Shown one piece after another: positions 56,197-64,000 of a stretch of 64,000 nucleotides of DNA (position 1 is the stretch's first letter; each line of letters begins with the position of its first letter). This stretch comes from the human T2T-CHM13v2.0 reference genome, Homo sapiens: NCBI RefSeq assembly GCF_009914755.1, contig NC_060935.1. One strand, 5' to 3'. The notes below the pieces were generated by a model. The model was not told the origin of the DNA and made no database searches. It saw only the letters and a program-made list of their open reading frames with translations. The position numbers and the translations under genes were made by a program.

Positions 56197-57548
56197 GTTT
56201 CTATTGAAGCACCAGTCACAATAGCCAAAATATGGAAAAAACTTAATTGTTCATCAACGGTCAAAAGGATAAAGAAAATATGGTATATATACATGATGGA
56301 ATACTATTTAGCCATAAGAAAAAATGAAATCCAGTTATTTGTGGCAACTTGGATGCACCCGGAGGACATTATGTTACTTGAAATACGTCAGGCACCTAAA
56401 GATAAATACCACATGTTCTTACCCATATGTGGGGGGTTAAAAAGTTGATCTTATAGAAGTAGACAGCAGAATATTTGTTGCTAGAAGCTGGGAAGGGTAA
56501 GGGGTAGGGACATGGGGAGAGGTTGGTTAATAGATACAAGGTTACAGTTAGAAAGAATTAGTTCTAGTGTTTTACAGCACCGTAGGGTGACTATAATAAA
56601 CAATTTATTGTATATTTTTAAATAGCTAGAAGAGAGGATTTTTAATATTACCAGTACAAAGAAATAATAAAGATTTGAGAGGATGGATATACTAATTGCC
56701 CTGATTTGATCATTACACATTGTATACATGTTTGGAAATATCATGCTGTACCCCATAAATATGTACAACTATTATGTATCAAAAATAACAAAAGAACAAA
56801 TAAAAAATAAATAATATATGTTTAAAATACATAAAGAGATAAACCAGATTAGGTTAAAAATAGAACTACCATCTGATCCACCAATCACACTACTGGATTG
56901 TATGGGAAATGAAATCAGTATTTCAAAGAGATATCTGCACTCCCATGTTCATTGCAGCACTGCTTACAATAGCCAAGATATAGAATCAAAATAAGTCTCC
57001 AAGAATGGATGAACAGATAAAGAAAAATCTGGTATATACACACAATGGAATGCTATTCGCCATAAAAGGATGAAATCTTATCATTTGCAATCACATAGAT
57101 AGACCTAAGGACATCATGTTACGTGAAATAAGCCAGACACAGAAATACAAATACCACATGATCTAACTCATATGTGGAATATTAAAAATAAAAGTTGACA
57201 TCATAGAAGCAGAGAGTGGAACAGTGTAACAGTGGATACCTGAGGCTGAGGAGGGGAGCAAAGGAGGGGAGGATGGGGAGAGGATGATCAACAGGTACAA
57301 GCTACAATTCAATAGGAGCAAGTCTATTGCTCAGTAGAGTGACTATAGTTAACAGAAAGGTATTATATATTACAAATAGCTAGAAGAGAGGCTTTTTAAT
57401 GTGCTTACCACAAAGACATGATAAATGCATGAGATGATAGGTAAACTAAGTACCATGATTTAATTATTTTACAACATATATATTCATGGAAACATCAAAT
57501 TGTACCACACAAATATGCACATTTAAAAATCAAATTAAAAAAATTAAA
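56197..57548 (+). mobile_element. Two tandem L1MA-type 3' ends
   Basis: Two successive 3'UTRs, each with 'gtgactata...atagctagaagagagg' and an A-rich end (~56810 and ~57545). Confidence 0.8.
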
Positions 57549-57771
57549 ACAACGACTATGGACAAATGAGCTTATGCAGCCCCACTTGCCCTAAGAGAAA
57601 TATAGATTTATGATACCCAATTATAATAAAGATAAATATGCTGATTCATGTATACTTTATGCCTGCACTTTAACTTATAAACAGAGCTTCCTACCACTTT
57701 CAGTTTTAGGTCTCCTGGTTTGTGAACTGTTCTGTTGTATGCACAATACACTTTTTAAAAATTTCTAGTTT

Positions 57772-57986
57772 TCAGCTGGCAGCACCCAGATCAATAAACT
57801 GACTCAGCACAAGAAGATAGCTTGGACTCCCTATGATTTCATCTCTGATCTGACCAATCAGCACTCCCGGCTCACTGGCTTTCCCCCACCCACCAAGCTG
57901 TCCTTAAAAACTCTGATCTGATCCCCAAATGCTCAAGGAGACTGACTTGAGTAATAATAAAACTCCAGTCTCCCAGAAAAAAAAAG
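57772..57986 (+). mobile_element. LTR8-like fragment with poly(A) tail and TSD (L1-retroposed)
   Basis: 'ccctatgatttcatctctga...ccaatcagcactcc...gagtaataataaaactcc' LTR8-like; A tail; 14/15 TSD. Confidence 0.8.
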
Positions 57987-59479
57987 AAAAAATTCTAGTT
58001 TCATCTAATTTTATTCTTGACAGAAGAAAGAGAAAAAAATATGAGAGGCCATTATGGAAAGTGGGTAAAGGAGCATTCTAAAGGAACCTAATATAATTGC
58101 CAGACAGTGTCTCAGGTTTAATTGAAGTTGTTAATTACTAATTTATGTGAAATAAATCTGCCTAGTTCTCTGCTCTTAGATTTATGATCTTGGCCAAGTT
58201 ACTTCAGTAAAGAATGTTAGTTTCATTATGTAAAATGGTGGTGATAAAACACTTACCTCTTAATAGTGCTATGTGGAACTTAGTGCTGCCAAACAGATTT
58301 CTTTCCTAGATATGCTACATATAAAGTCCCAGCTCAAGTCTCCTTCCAACTTCACTTCAATGTGTCCTCTAATCCAGCCCACCTCAGAACTCCAAGCCCT
58401 GAGTCCCTGAAGGGAAAAGCTCTAACCAGAGGTACCACAGATCACTAAAGACCTATCCCCCAGCAAAGGCAAAGGAAGAACTCCTGGAGTCCCCATCTAT
58501 AAAGGAGGTCAGTTTTAAAGTTGAGGGAGGAGGAAGTTGAAGAAAGGGCCAAGTCAGTGGATTCTAGCACACAGAGAAGCTGTGGATGGACAGCACTATG
58601 CTTCTAGACAGGTGACCTGGATGAAAGAAGGACAGAGGGGCAAGGAGTAGACTTGCAGAGGTTAGGGTAAAAAAATTATGGTAATTAGAAGGTTTGGGGG
58701 CCTGTTTTCCAGAATTCTGAGGTAGGAAGTGTCTTCCTAGGTGTTTATATTTTTCATTTACTTACTTTAGGTATCAGTGGTCTTCAAACTAGTGTGTTAC
58801 ATACACCTAAGGATGTGAAAAGATTCTTCAAGAGTACTCAGATACTTGTAGCTCTAACAAGATATATATCCATATCCTAAATTCCATATGGGTTCTTTCC
58901 TAAAATTGATAATAGAGGCTCATTTCCTGTCCTAGGCTCTCATGATTGTCTTCCTTTTATTTTTTAAAAAAGCAAGGCATAGCCCTTCTCTTTTTCTTTC
59001 CCCCTTTTCCTAATCCTTTTCCCTTTCTCTTTATTTCCTTTCCCTTCTCTTCCTGAACAATTCACTTCTAAAGCATTTAGGTGAGGCAGAGCAAAGTAGA
59101 AGTCTGTCTTGGCAGTGCAACAATGGGTCAGGATGAAGAAGGGGAGCTGTAGTGGTCCACGGTCAGGTGTCAGAGCCCAAGCAGGGTGAGAGGTATTAAG
59201 CCTGGGAGGCAGCCTGATGTTGGCAAGAAGGAAGTTCATTGGACTGGAGCTCACTGTGGAGTGTCAGAGCCAGAGCACAATGAGGAATGGGGAATGACAT
59301 GATTTGTCCAAGCAAGTAAGGCAGGCATCCATGGAGAGGGGAGGCCCAGCATGCAGTGTTGAAGAATGTGGAAGAGGTCATTCATGTAGGAGACAGAGAT
59401 GGGAAGTTGGCTTTATACAGGGAGATGGATCAAAAATTAAACATATTAAGGATAAAAAGAGCCAAGATTCTCCCTTTCA

Positions 59480-60950
<1,471 letters not shown>

Positions 60951-61442
60951 ATAATAAAAATGGAGATGATTAATCTCAAATCTTAAGACAGTGTATTGTC
61001 ATGAAGTGTAAAATGTCAAGGGCATCAAAATGAAGAGATCATGTTACAAGCCCTTCAATCAAGGCACTGTGAAGTCCACCATCCCATCCATCTCATTAAG
61101 AAATGCATTTACAAATATGACCTTATCTCTTATCTTTAATAATCATTAATTAAGTTGCTTAATATTTATGTTGATTTGATCAGTTAATAATAGAAATGAT
61201 AAAGCAAAAAGAAAGGTTTTGATACTTTGAAGCTTTATCGTCATTATGGTCATAAGAAATTTTATAATATTTATACATACACATGAATATATACATTTGT
61301 TGCAAAAAACTATGATAGGATAATCTACAAAGAGACTTTCAATATTTTACTTAAGAATAAAATTATTTTAAGGCAGTGGAAAAGAAATAAGAAAAAAGAT
61401 GAATACAAAATTTTCAAATATTGAAAGAGAGTTTGTTCATTT

Positions 61443-61744
61443 ATTTTATTTTATTTTATTTTATTTATTTATTTATTTATTTTTTGAGGTGGAGTCTCAC
61501 TGTCTCCCAGGCTGGAGAGCAGTGGCTGATCTCGGCTCACTGCAAGCTCCGCCTCCTGGGTTGATGCCATTCTCCTGCCTCAGCCTCCCGAGTAGCTGGG
61601 ACTACAGGCGCCCGCCACCACGCCCGGCTAATTTTTTTTGTTCACAGCGTTAGCCAGGATGGTCTCGATCTCCTGACCGCGTGATTCACCCGCCTCAGCC
61701 TCCCAAAGTGCTGGGATTACAGGCCTGAGCCACCGCGCCCGGCC
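61443..61744 (-). mobile_element. AluY with internal deletion and (TTTA)n tail
   Basis: 'gcaagctccgcctcc', 'ccaggatggtctcgatctcc'; TSD gttcattt at 61435-61442 and 61745-61752. Confidence 0.93.
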
Positions 61745-61779
61745 GTTCATTTTTTTTTTTTTACATGGATGATAAGTAA

Positions 61780-62109
61780 GTTTCTTTTTTCTTTTCTTTT
61801 CCTTTTTTTTTTTTTTTTTTTTTGAGACGGAGTCTTGTTCTGTCACCCAGGCTGGAGTGCAGTGGCATGGTCTCGGTTCACTGCAACCTCTGCCTCCTGG
61901 GTTCAAGTGATTCTACTGCCTTGGCCTCCTGAGTAGCTGGGATTACAGGCACCCACCACCACGCCCAGCTAATTTTTGCATTTGTAGTAGAGACTAAGTT
62001 TCACCATGTTGGCCAGGCTGATCTCGAACTCCTGACCTCAGGTGGCCCGCCTGCCTCACCCTCCTCCCAAAGTACTGGGATTATTAGCGTGAGCCACCTG
62101 TGCCCAGCC
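61780..62109 (-). mobile_element. AluS
   Basis: Antisense Alu with long T tract. Confidence 0.93.
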
Positions 62110-62316
62110 AATGCTGTTTCAAAATACATGAGTTTCATAAAAATTTGCATGGATTCATTTCAGAGTCATAAAATAGTTTCTTTTTTAAAATGTCAATATT
62201 TGTAATGTATTTTAAAAATACATTCCTTGCAATATTTAAACATATATGAAAATGGCAGATGTCAACTTGAAAATATGTGAGGGGGTATGAAGCTGTTTAA
62301 AATTCCTTTAGGGAGA

Positions 62317-62558
62317 GGCCAGGTGAGGTGGCTCACAGCTTATAATCCCAGCACTTTCGGAGGCCAAGGTGGGTGTGATAGCTTGAGGCCAGGAAGTAAT
62401 TCAAGACAAGCCTGTACAACAAAGTGAGACCTCATCTCTACAAAAATAAATAAATAAATAAAAATTAGCCAGGCATGGTCTTGGTCATGCCACTGCATTC
62501 CAGCCTGAGCAGCAGAGCGAGTCCCTGCATGAAAATAAATAGATAAAATAAATAAAAT
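62317..62558 (+). mobile_element. AluJ with right-arm deletion
   Basis: 16-bp TSD aaaattcctttaggga at 62299-62314 and 62559-62574. Confidence 0.88.
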
Positions 62559-62679
62559 AAAATTCCTTTAGGGATACGCAAGCAAAACGTTTGAAGATTT
62601 CTGCTCTAGACTACATATATATGATCAAACATGTTCTCACATTTAATGGAAGATAAACATATATATCGGCATTATACAA

Positions 62680-62937
62680 CAAAAGTTATAATACAAGCCA
62701 CAAATGCAAGGTGCATATGTAGTTTTAGGTTTTCTAGCCACATTTTTAAAAGGAAAAAGAAACAGAAAAAAAAATTATAAGAACATATTTTATTTAAACT
62801 AATATACCAAAAATATTATCACTGCGCAGAACGCAATCCATGTAAAAAATAGTGATTTTTACTTTTTTGTCCTAAGTTTCAAAATATAGTGTGTGTTTTA
62901 CACTCAGAGTACATCTCAATTTAGACCAGCCACATTT
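62680..62937. mobile_element. MER33-like hAT MITE, truncated by an L1
   Basis: 'ttttctagccacatt...gtgtgttttacact...acatctcaatttagaccagccacatttc'. Confidence 0.7.
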
Positions 62938-64000
62938 CTTTTCTTTTCTTTTTTCTTAACTTTTAAGACCGGGGTATATGTGCGGGATTGTTACATAAGT
63001 AAACTTGGGTCATGGGGGTTTGTTGTACACATTATTTCATCACCTAGGTATTAAACCTAGTACCCATAAGCTATTTTTCCTGATCCTCTCCCTCCCTCCT
63101 CCCACCGTTCACCCTCTGATAGGTCTCGGTGTGTGTTGTTCCCCTCTGTGTCCATGTGTTTCCATCATTTAGCTCCTACTTACAAGTGAGAACATGTGGT
63201 GGTTCATTTTCTGTTCCTGCATTAGTTTGCTAAGGATAATGGCCTCCAGCTTCATCCATGTCACTGCAAAGGACATGATCTCATTCTTTTTTATGGCTTC
63301 ATAGTATTCCATGACGTATATGTACCACATTTTCCTTATCCAGTCTATTATTGATGGGCATTTAGGTTGACGCCATGTCTTTGCTATTGCGGGTAGTGCT
63401 GCAATGAACATACACGTACATGTGTCTTAATAATAGAACAATTTATATTTTGGGGGTATGTACCTAGTAATGGGATTGTTGGGTCGAATGGTATTTCTGT
63501 CTTTAGGATTTTGAGGAATTGCCCCACTGTCTTCCACAATGGTTGAACTAATTTACACTGCCACCAACAATGTATAAGTGTTCCTTTTTTTCCACAACCT
63601 CACCAGCATCTGTTATTTTTTTACTTTTTCATAATGGCCATTCTGACTTGTGTGAGATAGTATCTCACTGTGGTTTTGATTTGCATTTCTCTAATGATCA
63701 GTGATGTTGAGCTTTTTTTCATATGATTTTTGGTCACGTGTATGTCTTCTTTTGAAAAGTGTCTCTTCATGTCCTTTGCCTGTGTTTTAATATAGATGAT
63801 ACATATTAGACATTTGTCAGATGCATAGTTTGCAAAAAATTTCCCCCATTCTGTAGGTTGTCTGTTTAATAGTTTATTTTGCTGTGCAGAAGCTCTTTAG
63901 TTTAATTAGATCCCATCTGTCAATTTTGCTTTTTTGGCAATTGCTCTTGGTGTCTTCATCATGAAAGCTTTGCCTGTGCCTGTATCCTGAATTGTATTGC
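62938..64000 (-). mobile_element. Older L1PA 3' end running off the window
   Basis: T-rich tail, 3'UTR and ORF2 C-terminal peptide (AKTWRQPKCPSIIDWIRKMWYIY) on the minus strand. Confidence 0.92.

Noticed and set aside
61780-62558. Inverted Alu pair ~200 bp apart
   Set aside because: Different subfamilies (S vs J), one heavily deleted; too divergent to suggest a stable hairpin, and such pairs are common.

Overview
Primate, almost certainly human, genomic DNA. The only credible protein-coding gene is the intronless FAM181B (22907-24187, minus strand, 426 aa), inside a CpG island (~22850-24450); from recall this is 11q14.1. The rest is AT-rich intergenic or lncRNA-type DNA dense in Alu, L1, L2, MIR, MaLR/ERV LTRs and DNA-transposon fossils, several nested and with readable target-site duplications (TSDs). 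I cannot support a wholly new biological system. The best unexplained structures are four: (1) a 53-bp, 51/53-identical copy of the conserved FAM181B coding segment placed ~390 bp upstream of its own start codon; (2) a chimeric L1 in which a younger 5'-inverted L1 carrying an LTR 3' transduction replaces ~3 kb of an older antisense L1; (3) an LTR8-like fragment with poly(A) tail and TSD, i.e. an L1-retroposed LTR transcript; (4) a template-switch hairpin inside an AluY. Repeat subfamily names come from remembered consensus sequences, not a database search. Boundaries without a TSD are approximate.
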